Source: Pseudomonadota bacterium (GTDB lineage: Bacteria > Pseudomonadota > Gammaproteobacteria > Burkholderiales > Sulfuriferulaceae). Taken from it: a DNA stretch of 64,000 nucleotides. The stretch is from contig JAJYPN010000001.1 of the NCBI GenBank assembly GCA_021795395.1, positions 82,468-146,467 on the forward strand, written 5' to 3'. The position numbers and the translations under genes were made by a program. Shown one piece after another: positions 42,453-51,327 of this stretch. A model generated the notes under the pieces. It was not told the DNA's origin, searched no databases, and saw only the letters and a program-made list of their open reading frames with translations. The stretch's first letter is position 1. Each line of letters opens with the position of its first letter.

Positions 42453-43402
42453 TGGCGAGGCGGCGGTGCCGACAACAAGGCTTCCGCCTGCGCGCCGAGA
42501 TACACATACAAACCGAGTCCGACCAGCAGGCCGACGGCTGCGAACATCATCCACACCGCTTCGACCATTTCATGCGTCACGCCCAGCGCCGATTTGAACA
42601 TCAACAGCAAGGCTTCTATCGATACCGCAATCAGGATGGCGGCAATGAAACGGGTAATCGTTCGTCGCGTCGAACTATGACGAAAAATATCCTTGTGCAT
42701 CAATACTTCTTCTTCGAGTATGGTTTTTCCCAGATCGAAAATGGCGAGCGCCAGCGTCAGAAAGATGATTACGCCGAACGGCTTGAGATGCAAGGCCTCG
42801 CTGTCGTTCCTGAACTCATGGAGTTCGATCAGTTCACCGAAAGCCGCATACAGCAATACGCCGGTCACCGCCGCCAACCCCATCACGATAACGATGTATA
42901 CCGCTCGAAATATCGGCAGGAATCGTCGTCTGGCATGATCGCCCATCATGAATTCGATCGCGCCGGTCAAATTGATATCCAGAACCACATAAGTTTGCTG
43001 GCCGGTTTGCGGATCGCACAGACGCATGATCGCCGACACGCAGAGCATATTGCTGGCGCTGGATAAATACGGCGTTGTGACGCTCACCCCATCGCTGGTC
43101 TGGGCCAGTTTAAAGTACGGCCGCATGCTCCGGTCGCGCCCTTCCCCCCCGTCATTAACCTGCGTGGCATTGCCGGCCGCAATGTTGGGACTGATCTGTT
43201 TTCCGTGCTCATCCAGCAAATACAGCAATTCGACAAACGGATAATGGGTGACGACGCAATCCATCGCCTTATGCCGTGCTGCGCTGCTGGCAAGCAATTG
43301 GATATCGCCCATGCCGGTCAAAATGGACGACAGCAATTCGCTCAGCGCATTGCGATATTGATGATAGCGTTCGACGACGGCAAGATAGCTCATACCGCTC
43401 AT
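42449..43402 (-). CDS. hypothetical protein: N-terminal Cache/PAS-like domain + 4-TM PsiE-like C-terminal module
   Basis: Start MSGMSYL at 43402 (ATGA overlap with the nirD stop); its stop overlaps the cbiX ATG. N-domain pattern: LLYLLDEHGKQISPN..RDRSMRPYFKLA..TTPYLSSASNMLCVSAI..VVLDINL. Four predicted TM helices follow. Confidence 0.5.
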   Translation of the reverse strand: MSGMSYLAVVERYHQYRNALSELLSSILTGMGDIQLLASSAARHKAMDCVVTHYPFVELLYLLDEHGKQISPNIAAGNATQVNDGGEGRDRSMRPYFKLAQTSDGVSVTTPYLSSASNMLCVSAIMRLCDPQTGQQTYVVLDINLTGAIEFMMGDHARRRFLPIFRAVYIVIVMGLAAVTGVLLYAAFGELIELHEFRNDSEALHLKPFGVIIFLTLALAIFDLGKTILEEEVLMHKDIFRHSSTRRTITRFIAAILIAVSIEALLLMFKSALGVTHEMVEAVWMMFAAVGLLVGLGLYVYLGAQAEALLSAPPPRQ

Positions 43403-43746
43403 GCCATTTCCTGACTCTGAAGTATGGACACCGCGGTCATGTTCAGCCATACCGCGGCGGAATCGTCAAGCCTGACTTGCAGACACGGCGTATGCCCCTC
43501 ATCGGGCGCCTCGGCATTGCCCGACTCCAGGCTGATCTTCCAGCCATGCAAAGGACAAGTAACCGTAGTTCCGGCTACGATGCCCTGCGATAACGGCCCC
43601 CCCTTGTGCGGGCATCGGTCGCGCAACGCAAATACCGCATCGTCGGCGGTGCGGAACACGGCAATATCGCCCTGCGCAGTCTGGACAACCCGCGACCCCA
43701 ATGGCGGGATATCGCTCAAACTGCAAATTTTTACCCATTCAGTCAT
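43399..43746 (-). CDS. nirD: assimilatory nitrite reductase small subunit (Rieske-like)
   Basis: DRCPHKGGPLSQG...CPLHGWKISL. Confidence 0.93.
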   Translation of the reverse strand: MTEWVKICSLSDIPPLGSRVVQTAQGDIAVFRTADDAVFALRDRCPHKGGPLSQGIVAGTTVTCPLHGWKISLESGNAEAPDEGHTPCLQVRLDDSAAVWLNMTAVSILQSQEMA

Positions 43747-43755
43747 ATTTTATCC

Positions 43756-46185
43756 TCAGGCGGTCAGCATTTCGAATTCATGTTTTTCCACGTTACCTTT
43801 TGTACGTTCCAGCCATGGGTCCTGTTCAACCTGCAATGCGAATATCATACGCTCATGCAACGCCCTGCGTCCGCTATCGTCCTGCAACACCCGCTGCTTG
43901 ATATAATCCATTCCTACTCGTGCCAGATAATGCACGGTGCGCTCCAGATAAAAGCCTTCTTCTCGATACAATTGCAGGAAAGCTGCGGTATATTCCATCA
44001 CCTCGGCGGCAGTTTTAACCTTGATCAGAAAATGTGCGACTTCGGTTTTGATACCGCCGTTGCCTGCGATATAAATTTCCCAGCCAGAATCGACGCCGAT
44101 GATTCCCACATCCTTGATCGCTACTTCCGCGCAATTACGGGGACAACCCGATACCGCCAGTTTGACCTTGTGCGGCGCCCACATTTTCCATAGAGCCTTT
44201 TCCAGATCGATGCCCATTTGTGTGGAATCCTGCGTACCGAACCGGCACCATTCGCTGCCGACACATGTCTTCACGGTACGCAATGCCTTGCCGTAAGCGT
44301 GGCCGGACGGCATATCCAGATCGGCCCATACCGCCGGCAGATCGGATTTCCTGACGCCCAGCAGGTCGATGCGCTGGCCTCCCGTCACTTTCACCGTCGG
44401 TATCGCATATTTATCCACCACATCGGCGATACGGCGCAATTCCGACGGCGTGGTCTGACCTCCCCACATCCGCGGAATTACCGAATAGGTGCCGTCTTTC
44501 TGAATATTAGCATGCGCCCGTTCGTTGATGAAACGCGATTGCGGGTCGTCTTTCGCTACCCCTGGCCAGCTCGAGAGCAGATAATAGTTCAGTGCCGGGC
44601 GACAGCTCGAACACCCGTTCGGCGTATGCCAGTCGAGCGCCTCCATCACTTCGGGTATGCTGAGCAACTTATGCTCGCGTATCGCCGCGCGCACATCGGC
44701 GTGCGTACGATCGGTGCAAGCGCACATGGCTTTGGTTTTCGGCGCTTGCGAATAATCGCCGCCGAGTACGGTCGCCAACAACTGCTCGACCAGCCCGGTA
44801 CACGAGCCGCAGGAAGAAGACGCTTTGGTATGTTTGCGTACGTCTTCCAGTGTAAACAGGCCCTTCTCCTTGATTGCCTTGACGATCGTGCCCTTGCATA
44901 CGCCGTTGCAGCCACACACTTCCATGGCATCGCTCATGGCTGCCGCACGGTTCTGCCCTTCATGTCCCAGATCGCCGACGTGGCTTTGACCGAACATCAA
45001 ATGGTCGCGTATGTCGGAAATATCACGACCTTCCCGAAGCAGCTGAAAATACCAGGCAGCGTCGACGGTATCGCCGTACATCACCGCGCCGGCAATCCTG
45101 TTGTCCTGTATGACGATCTTCTTGTAGACGCCCCCCACCGGATCGGACAGCAATATTTCTTCGTAGGCGTCGCCGCCGGCAAAATTGCCGGCTGAAAACA
45201 AATCGATCCCTGTCACCTTCAATTTGGTTGAAGTCGCCGATCCCAGATAACGCGCGATGCCGAATTCCGCCAGATGATTCGCGGCGACCTTGGCCATATC
45301 GAATAGCGGGGCCACAAGACCATACGCGATCCCGCGATGATTGACGCATTCCCCCACCGCATAGATCCGCGGGTCGAATGTCTGCATCGTATCGTTGACG
45401 ACAATCCCGCGGTTGCAATAAATGCCGGCGCTTTCCGCCAGTTCGATGTTGGGCCGGATGCCGGCCGCCATCACTACCAGATCGGCAGGTATGGTTTCGC
45501 CATCTTTGAAGCGTACCGCGGCGACGCGACCGGATTCGCCCTGTATGAGCTCCGCCGTATGCTTTTGCAACAGGAATTTCAGACCCTTGTCTTCGAGATT
45601 TTTCTGCAGCAATTTTGCCGCCGGTTTATCGAGTTGCCGCTCCATCAGCCACTCGTTGATATGCACGACGGTCACGTCCATTCCCCGCAGTTTCAGTCCG
45701 TTCGCCGCTTCCAGCCCAAGCAGGCCGCCGCCGATGACGACTGCATGCCGGTATTGTCTTGCCGTAGCGATCATCGCATCGGTATCGGCGATATCGCGAT
45801 AGCCGATCACTCCGGGCAGATCGTTGCCGGGCACCGGCAGTATGAACGATTTCGAACCGGTAGCCAGAATCAGCTTGTCGTAGAACGCCGTCGTCCCGTC
45901 TTCCGCCCTGACGCCACGATTGCGCCGATCTATGCTGACCACTTTTTTGTTGAGATGCAGGGTTATGCCGTTTTCGCGATACCATTCGACATCGTTCAGC
46001 ATGATGTCCTTGACGGTCTGTTCTCCCGCCAGTACCGGCGACAGCAGTATCCGGTTATAGTTGGCGTAGGGCTCGGCGCCGAAAACCGTAATATCGTAGT
46101 GATCGGGCGCGAGCTTGAGCAGTTCCTCCAGCGTGCGCACTCCCGCCATGCCGTTTCCGACCATGATCAGTTTCAATTTGTTCAT
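43756..46185 (-). CDS. nirB: assimilatory NAD(P)H nitrite reductase large subunit
   Basis: 809 aa. FAD/NAD folds (VGNGMAG, VIGGGLLGLE), a BFD-like 2Fe-2S region, and the siroheme/4Fe-4S cluster motifs TCVGSEWCRFG..GCPNCA-type (SGCPRNCAE). Confidence 0.97.
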   Translation of the reverse strand: MNKLKLIMVGNGMAGVRTLEELLKLAPDHYDITVFGAEPYANYNRILLSPVLAGEQTVKDIMLNDVEWYRENGITLHLNKKVVSIDRRNRGVRAEDGTTAFYDKLILATGSKSFILPVPGNDLPGVIGYRDIADTDAMIATARQYRHAVVIGGGLLGLEAANGLKLRGMDVTVVHINEWLMERQLDKPAAKLLQKNLEDKGLKFLLQKHTAELIQGESGRVAAVRFKDGETIPADLVVMAAGIRPNIELAESAGIYCNRGIVVNDTMQTFDPRIYAVGECVNHRGIAYGLVAPLFDMAKVAANHLAEFGIARYLGSATSTKLKVTGIDLFSAGNFAGGDAYEEILLSDPVGGVYKKIVIQDNRIAGAVMYGDTVDAAWYFQLLREGRDISDIRDHLMFGQSHVGDLGHEGQNRAAAMSDAMEVCGCNGVCKGTIVKAIKEKGLFTLEDVRKHTKASSSCGSCTGLVEQLLATVLGGDYSQAPKTKAMCACTDRTHADVRAAIREHKLLSIPEVMEALDWHTPNGCSSCRPALNYYLLSSWPGVAKDDPQSRFINERAHANIQKDGTYSVIPRMWGGQTTPSELRRIADVVDKYAIPTVKVTGGQRIDLLGVRKSDLPAVWADLDMPSGHAYGKALRTVKTCVGSEWCRFGTQDSTQMGIDLEKALWKMWAPHKVKLAVSGCPRNCAEVAIKDVGIIGVDSGWEIYIAGNGGIKTEVAHFLIKVKTAAEVMEYTAAFLQLYREEGFYLERTVHYLARVGMDYIKQRVLQDDSGRRALHERMIFALQVEQDPWLERTKGNVEKHEFEMLTA

Positions 46186-46276
46186 TATGTGTACTCCTGC
46201 TTATTGCCTGTCAAATAAAACCCCGCTCTGCCCACTTGGGTGCCGCGGCACGCAAGCCCATACCGGGTTGGATAAA

Positions 46277-47044
46277 TCATGCGACATGCGCAAACGTTTC
46301 GATGTCTGCCGCGGATGTCATTCCGATTCCGGCCAGATCGGCCACTTCTCCTATCACCACGATCGCAGGGCTGCCGATATGCTTCTCGATCATGGCGCTA
46401 TGCAAGGTTTCCAGGGTTGCCAAAACCTGCCGCTGTTCGCTCAAGGTTCCATTTTGCACGGCGAGCGCGGACATATGCGGCGACATGCCGGCCGCCAGCA
46501 ATTGCGCAACGATATCGGGCAGGGTTTTGACTCCCATATAAATCACCAGCGTGGTAAGGCTGGCTACCAGTGCCGCCCAGTTGACCCGCTTGCCGTCCTG
46601 ACTGTGACCGGTAACAAATGTGACGCCGGGCGCATAATTCCGGTGCGTCACCGGCACGCCAACGCTGGCGGGCGCAGCAATGCCGGCCGTCACACCGCTG
46701 ACAACTTCGACAGCTATGCCGGCACGGTGCATTGCCTCCATTTCTTCACCGCCGCGTCCGAACATGAAGGGGTCGCCGCCTTTGAGCCGAACCACATCCT
46801 TGCCGGCGCGCGCTGCCTGTATCATCTGTTTGTGGATAAATGCCTGCGGGGTCGATTTGCAACCGCCGCGCTTTCCCACCGCCATAATCCTTGCATCGGC
46901 AGAGGCATGCCGCAACAGCAGCGGATTGACCAGATCGTCAACCAATATCACTTCCGCGGCTTGCAAGATGCGGACCGCTTTTAATGTAATCAGCTCGGGA
47001 TCGCCGGGGCCTGCGCCCATCAAATAAATCTTGCCATTCATCAT
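46277..47044 (-). CDS. cobA: uroporphyrinogen-III C-methyltransferase (SUMT)
   Basis: Start MMNGKIYLMGAGPGDPELITLKA. Motifs RLKGGDPFMFGRGGEE and VVSGVTAG. Confidence 0.93.
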   Translation of the reverse strand: MMNGKIYLMGAGPGDPELITLKAVRILQAAEVILVDDLVNPLLLRHASADARIMAVGKRGGCKSTPQAFIHKQMIQAARAGKDVVRLKGGDPFMFGRGGEEMEAMHRAGIAVEVVSGVTAGIAAPASVGVPVTHRNYAPGVTFVTGHSQDGKRVNWAALVASLTTLVIYMGVKTLPDIVAQLLAAGMSPHMSALAVQNGTLSEQRQVLATLETLHSAMIEKHIGSPAIVVIGEVADLAGIGMTSAADIETFAHVA

Positions 47045-47052
47045 TACGCTCC

Positions 47053-48033
47053 TTAAGCTGCCAGACTGCTGATCTCCATCGCCACAATGGCTTTGGCCTG
47101 ATTCATGTCGCTGGTATATCCGGCGCCATACAAACAGCACGCCAACTGGTTGATTAACGGTAAAGGAATGGAATGGCGTCCCGCCAGCGCTTCCTGTATC
47201 CAGCCTGCGGTGTGCGCGGCATCGATGGAATCGGGTAGATTGGGCACGGATTTGAGCGGGCCGGCTTCGGCCTCGAACAATAATTGTTCCTGGCCGTCGT
47301 CGCAGTACCACAAATCAGGCCGCCGTTTTGAATTGGCGAAGGCTTCGCCTTCCGTTCCTCGCATGATCAGTGCGCGCAAACCGGTGCCGATAAAGAAATC
47401 CCGCATCTTGGCCAGATAGTCGGGATGCGATACGCTAACCAGACGCAAGCTGCCGCTCTTGAACGGCGAGATCATTTTTACCAGTGTATGTGCCGTGTTG
47501 CGCACGCCCAGACGATTTCGCAGCGCAAGCAGATCGGCCAGACCGGGCGACAGCACCGCAATCGGTACAAAAGCGATCCCTTCATTCGCCAGCGCGGTAT
47601 TCGCCTGCTGCAAATGAGCGCACGGCAATATCCCCAATTCGCGCAAAATATAGGCGGTAGTCGTACGCCCCTGGCTTTCCAGCGTCCCGTGTATCAATAC
47701 CGGAATGCCGAATTTGACCAGCAGCAGCGCCAATAAGGGCACTAGATTCGGTTGATGTCGCGCGCCGTTATAGCTGGGTATGACTACGGGCTGCAACGCA
47801 CCCGGCGGCGGCGCGAGGGAATAGAGCCGCGTTTCGCACGCCTGATAAAAACCCAGCAATTCGTCGGCCGATTCGCCCTTCATGCGCAAAGCGATCAGAA
47901 TCGCCCCCATTTCCAGTTCCGGCATGCCGCCATCGAGCATTGCGCCATAAATCAGTCCGGCTTCTTCCATCGTCATATCGCGTGCACCGTGTATTCCGCG
48001 CGCGATATTTTTCAAAATAATCGAATAATTCAC
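47053..48033 (-). CDS. ybiB: YbiB/TrpD2-family protein (anthranilate phosphoribosyltransferase paralogue, nucleic-acid-binding family)
   Basis: GTG start (GTGA overlap with the nasA stop; GGAGA RBS) gives (M)NYSIILKNIARGIHGARDM. Collinear with E. coli YbiB from memory: VVIPSYNGARHQPNLVPLLALLL, GVRNTAHTLVKM, SVSHPDY, MRGTEGEAFAN. Confidence 0.8.
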   Translation of the reverse strand: MNYSIILKNIARGIHGARDMTMEEAGLIYGAMLDGGMPELEMGAILIALRMKGESADELLGFYQACETRLYSLAPPPGALQPVVIPSYNGARHQPNLVPLLALLLVKFGIPVLIHGTLESQGRTTTAYILRELGILPCAHLQQANTALANEGIAFVPIAVLSPGLADLLALRNRLGVRNTAHTLVKMISPFKSGSLRLVSVSHPDYLAKMRDFFIGTGLRALIMRGTEGEAFANSKRRPDLWYCDDGQEQLLFEAEAGPLKSVPNLPDSIDAAHTAGWIQEALAGRHSIPLPLINQLACCLYGAGYTSDMNQAKAIVAMEISSLAA

Positions 48034-50759
48034 ACCGTCTCCTTGCCGATGATCGCCGAGGCCGCTACGATACGTTTCAATTCGGGCATGCAGGAACCGC
48101 ATTGCGTCCCGCATTTGAGCCCGGCCTGCAAAGCCGCGAGATCGGCGCCTTGCGCGACTGCGGCGCGTATCTGCGCTTCGGCGATATTGAGACAATTGCA
48201 GACGACTCGTCCGCGGCTGCTGCTGCCGACAGGCGGAGTCGCCACCGGCGCCAGCACCCAGGCACGCACTGACGCAATCTCGGCGCCTTCCGCCATCATT
48301 TCCTTGAGCCATTCCCGTGCGGCTATTTCTCCTGTCAAACGCACTCCCGCCACTTGGCCGTTTTCGATCAGTACGCGCTTGGAGATGCCGCGCTTCGGAT
48401 CGTCGTAACGCATGAGGTCGGTTTCCTCGTCCATTTCGAGCAATTTATCCATTTCCTCCAGCATATTCTGCGCGACCGGTGTCGAGTGGGCGATGCGCAG
48501 CACCAGCACGGGGTTTTGCCGGCCAGACAAGCCGCAGCTGGCATAATCGAAACGAGACAATACCGGCTGGATGCGCAACATGCGCTCAACGGCGCGATCG
48601 CGCCGCATGACCACCATCTGCCAGGGCAATAACACTTTCTCCACTCCGACTGCGGCATGTTTGAGCTCGGGCTGATGCGATACCGGATCGCAACTGTCGC
48701 TGGTCAGCGCATTGATGCCTAGTCCGCTGATATAGTTGCTGCCCCAGTGCATGGGTAAAAATAATTGCCCGGCCCGCATCTCCTCGCTCGCTTCCACCGG
48801 AATCAGCATAGTTCCGCGCCGGCTTTTTATGCGCACCAGATCGCCCGGGATCAGACTGCGCCGCGCCATATCGTCGGCATTCATGGCCAAAGCCGGCGTC
48901 TCGACATGACTGAACAGCTGCGCCACCATCCCGGTGCGACTCATGCCGTGCCATTGGTCGCGCAGACGGCCCGTGGTCAAATGCATGGAATACCGCGCGT
49001 CGATGGGTTCTGCAGCCGGCAGATAGCGGACGTTGGCAAAACGCGCCCGACCATCGGCGGTAGGGAAAATTCCGTCTTCGTACAAGCGTTCCCTGCCGCC
49101 GGCTGCGCCCTCGGGATAAGGCCATTGCTGAGGGCCGATCTCGTCGAGCAGAGCATACGACAAACCGGTAATATCCAGATCGCGCCCACGCGTCGTCGCG
49201 CGGTGCTCGTTGAATATCGCTTCAGGATGATTATAAGGGAACAGGGCGTCTGCGGGTTTGCCGATACGCGGTCCCAGACGCTGCGCAAAATCGGTCGCAA
49301 TACGCCAGTCGGGACGACATTCGCCGGGGGCCGGAATGGCGGAGTGAATGTGCGTTATGCGCCGTTCCGAATTGGTCACCGTACCCTCCTTTTCGCCCCA
49401 TGCAGCGGCGGGCAAAAGCAGATCGGCATATTCGGCGGTTTCGGTATAGGCATTGACCTCCTGAACGACAACGAAGTCAGCGCGGGACAGCGCCTCGCGC
49501 ACCAAAACCTGATTCGGCATCGATTGCGCCGGGTTGGTACAGGCTATCCACAGCGCCTTGATTTCGCCGCGCGCCACCGCTTCGAACAAGGCAACGGCGG
49601 TTTTGCCCGGATGTGCGGGCACCGACGGCACACCCCATAGTTTTGCCACCTCATCGCGATGCGCGGGATTGGACAGGTCGCGATGCGCCGACAGCAGATT
49701 TGCCATGCCGCCGACTTCGCGGCCGCCCATCGCGTTCGGCTGGCCGGTAAGGGAAAATGGTCCCGCTCCCGCACGTCCGATATGTCCGGTAGCGAGGTGC
49801 AGATTGATCAAGGCCGTATTCTTGTCGGTCCCGTGACTGGATTGATTCAACCCCTGGCAATACAGTGATAAAGCAGCGGAAGCACTGCCGAACCAGCGTG
49901 CCGCCGTAACGATGTCGGCGGCCGGAACGCCACAGATGCCTGCTACCATTTCGGGTGAATATTCGCGCACCGTGGCGCGCAATTGACCGAAACCGCTGGT
50001 ATGTGCCGCAATATAATGCGGGTCCGTCATTTCTTCCCAGAGCAGGACATGCAGCATGGCGTTGAACAAGGCCACATCGGTGCCAGGCAGGATCGGCAAA
50101 TGCAGATCCGCTTCGCGCGCCGTATCGGTACGCCGCGGGTCGACCACAATCACCTTGAGCGCGGGATTAAGACGTCGCGCATCTTCGATCCGCCGATATA
50201 CGATGGGATGGGCATAGGCCGTATTCGAACCGGCAATAAGCAGACAATCCGTACAGGCGATATCGGCGTAACAGGCGGGCGGCGCATCGGCTCCCAGAGT
50301 CGCCTTATAACCGCTGACGGCACTGGACATGCACAAGCGCGAATTGGTATCGATATTATTGGTGCCGATCAGGCCTTTGACCAATTTATTGAATACGTAA
50401 TAATCTTCCGTCAGCAACTGCCCGGAAATATAGAAGGCAACGGCATCGGGCCCATGCTCGCGAATAATGCCGGCGAATTTTTCGGCCGCGTAATCCAGGG
50501 CATCGTCCCAGCTACTGCGCTGACGAGCCTGGTTGCGTACCGTGCGCAATTGCGGATACAGCGCGCGAGCTTCCCTGCGCTGCGCCGCCAGATGCAGCGT
50601 AGCGCCCTTGGTGCATAAACGGCCAAAATTTGCGGGGTGTCCGGGATTACCGTGTACGCCGGTGATTTCGGCGCCATCGGTTTCGATCATTACGCCGCAA
50701 CCAACGCCGCAATACGCGCAAGTTGAAGTTACAGTAGTGGCAGAATTTACAATAGTCAT
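48030..50759 (-). CDS. nasA: assimilatory nitrate reductase catalytic subunit (Mo-bisMGD, N-terminal 4Fe-4S, C-terminal BFD-like 2Fe-2S)
   Basis: N-terminus TCAYCGVGCGV. Molybdopterin oxidoreductase body. C-terminus CNCLNI....CGTQCGSC. Confidence 0.95.
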   Translation of the reverse strand: MTIVNSATTVTSTCAYCGVGCGVMIETDGAEITGVHGNPGHPANFGRLCTKGATLHLAAQRREARALYPQLRTVRNQARQRSSWDDALDYAAEKFAGIIREHGPDAVAFYISGQLLTEDYYVFNKLVKGLIGTNNIDTNSRLCMSSAVSGYKATLGADAPPACYADIACTDCLLIAGSNTAYAHPIVYRRIEDARRLNPALKVIVVDPRRTDTAREADLHLPILPGTDVALFNAMLHVLLWEEMTDPHYIAAHTSGFGQLRATVREYSPEMVAGICGVPAADIVTAARWFGSASAALSLYCQGLNQSSHGTDKNTALINLHLATGHIGRAGAGPFSLTGQPNAMGGREVGGMANLLSAHRDLSNPAHRDEVAKLWGVPSVPAHPGKTAVALFEAVARGEIKALWIACTNPAQSMPNQVLVREALSRADFVVVQEVNAYTETAEYADLLLPAAAWGEKEGTVTNSERRITHIHSAIPAPGECRPDWRIATDFAQRLGPRIGKPADALFPYNHPEAIFNEHRATTRGRDLDITGLSYALLDEIGPQQWPYPEGAAGGRERLYEDGIFPTADGRARFANVRYLPAAEPIDARYSMHLTTGRLRDQWHGMSRTGMVAQLFSHVETPALAMNADDMARRSLIPGDLVRIKSRRGTMLIPVEASEEMRAGQLFLPMHWGSNYISGLGINALTSDSCDPVSHQPELKHAAVGVEKVLLPWQMVVMRRDRAVERMLRIQPVLSRFDYASCGLSGRQNPVLVLRIAHSTPVAQNMLEEMDKLLEMDEETDLMRYDDPKRGISKRVLIENGQVAGVRLTGEIAAREWLKEMMAEGAEIASVRAWVLAPVATPPVGSSSRGRVVCNCLNIAEAQIRAAVAQGADLAALQAGLKCGTQCGSCMPELKRIVAASAIIGKETV

Positions 50760-50770
50760 GACTGACCATT

Positions 50771-50786
50771 AGCAATATGCATACCA
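50771..50786 (-). promoter_or_regulatory. sigma-54-like -24/-12 element directly upstream of nasA (uncertain)
   Basis: The minus strand reads TGGTATGCATATTGCT (GG-N10-GC, TTGCT). The predicted start site would fall essentially at the nasA ATG, and I see no SD. Confidence 0.3.
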
Positions 50787-50850
50787 CGAAAATTATCTAT
50801 TTATATTTCAACTGGTTAATTAAAAAACTATCGATTAATTCAGGATTTTC

Positions 50851-50896
50851 GCCACTTATTGGTGCGAAACTGGAAATTATCGCACCAATAAGTGGC
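50851..50896. repeat. perfect 17-bp inverted repeat with 12-nt spacer; RNA hairpin or paired NtrC-like sites
   Basis: GCCACTTATTGGTGCGA (50851-50867) and TCGCACCAATAAGTGGC (50880-50896), between the small secreted-protein gene and nasA. Confidence 0.85.
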
Positions 50897-50916
50897 CCTG
50901 CAGTTCTCGAGACAAA

Positions 50917-51222
50917 TCAGAACGGCCGGCGCGGCGCCGGTATCGAACCCGGCTGCGCATGCCTGCGCTCAAAACCGTAGCCGAAACCGCGATTGTGTCC
51001 CGGCGGCAAATTGCGATGCGGAACAAATGCCTTGGCGCCCGGATTGACCCGCGGGGGAAGCCTGCTGGATTGGGGATAGGATCGCGCATTTTGTCCATTG
51101 AACGCCAGCAACGTATAATTCCAAGATATGCCGTGTTGCGGTCGCGAGGGATCGGCTTGCGCCCGTGCCGGGGCAATAAACATAAGGAAAATCAGGAGTA
51201 CTGTTACCCTGGGATACGTCAT
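50917..51222 (-). CDS. hypothetical small secreted Pro/Arg/Gly-rich protein
   Basis: GGAAGG RBS 7 nt before the ATG. Signal peptide MTYPRVTVLLIFLMFIAPARA. 101 aa. I recognise no homology. Confidence 0.45.
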   Translation of the reverse strand: MTYPRVTVLLIFLMFIAPARAQADPSRPQHGISWNYTLLAFNGQNARSYPQSSRLPPRVNPGAKAFVPHRNLPPGHNRGFGYGFERRHAQPGSIPAPRRPF

Positions 51223-51327
51223 GATGTCGCCTTCCATCCTCCGCCAGCCGTCAGCTTGAATATCGTACATGATAAGGGCGGGACGATACCCTATCATTTC
51301 CCGGATGCAGCGAAATGTTACAATATG

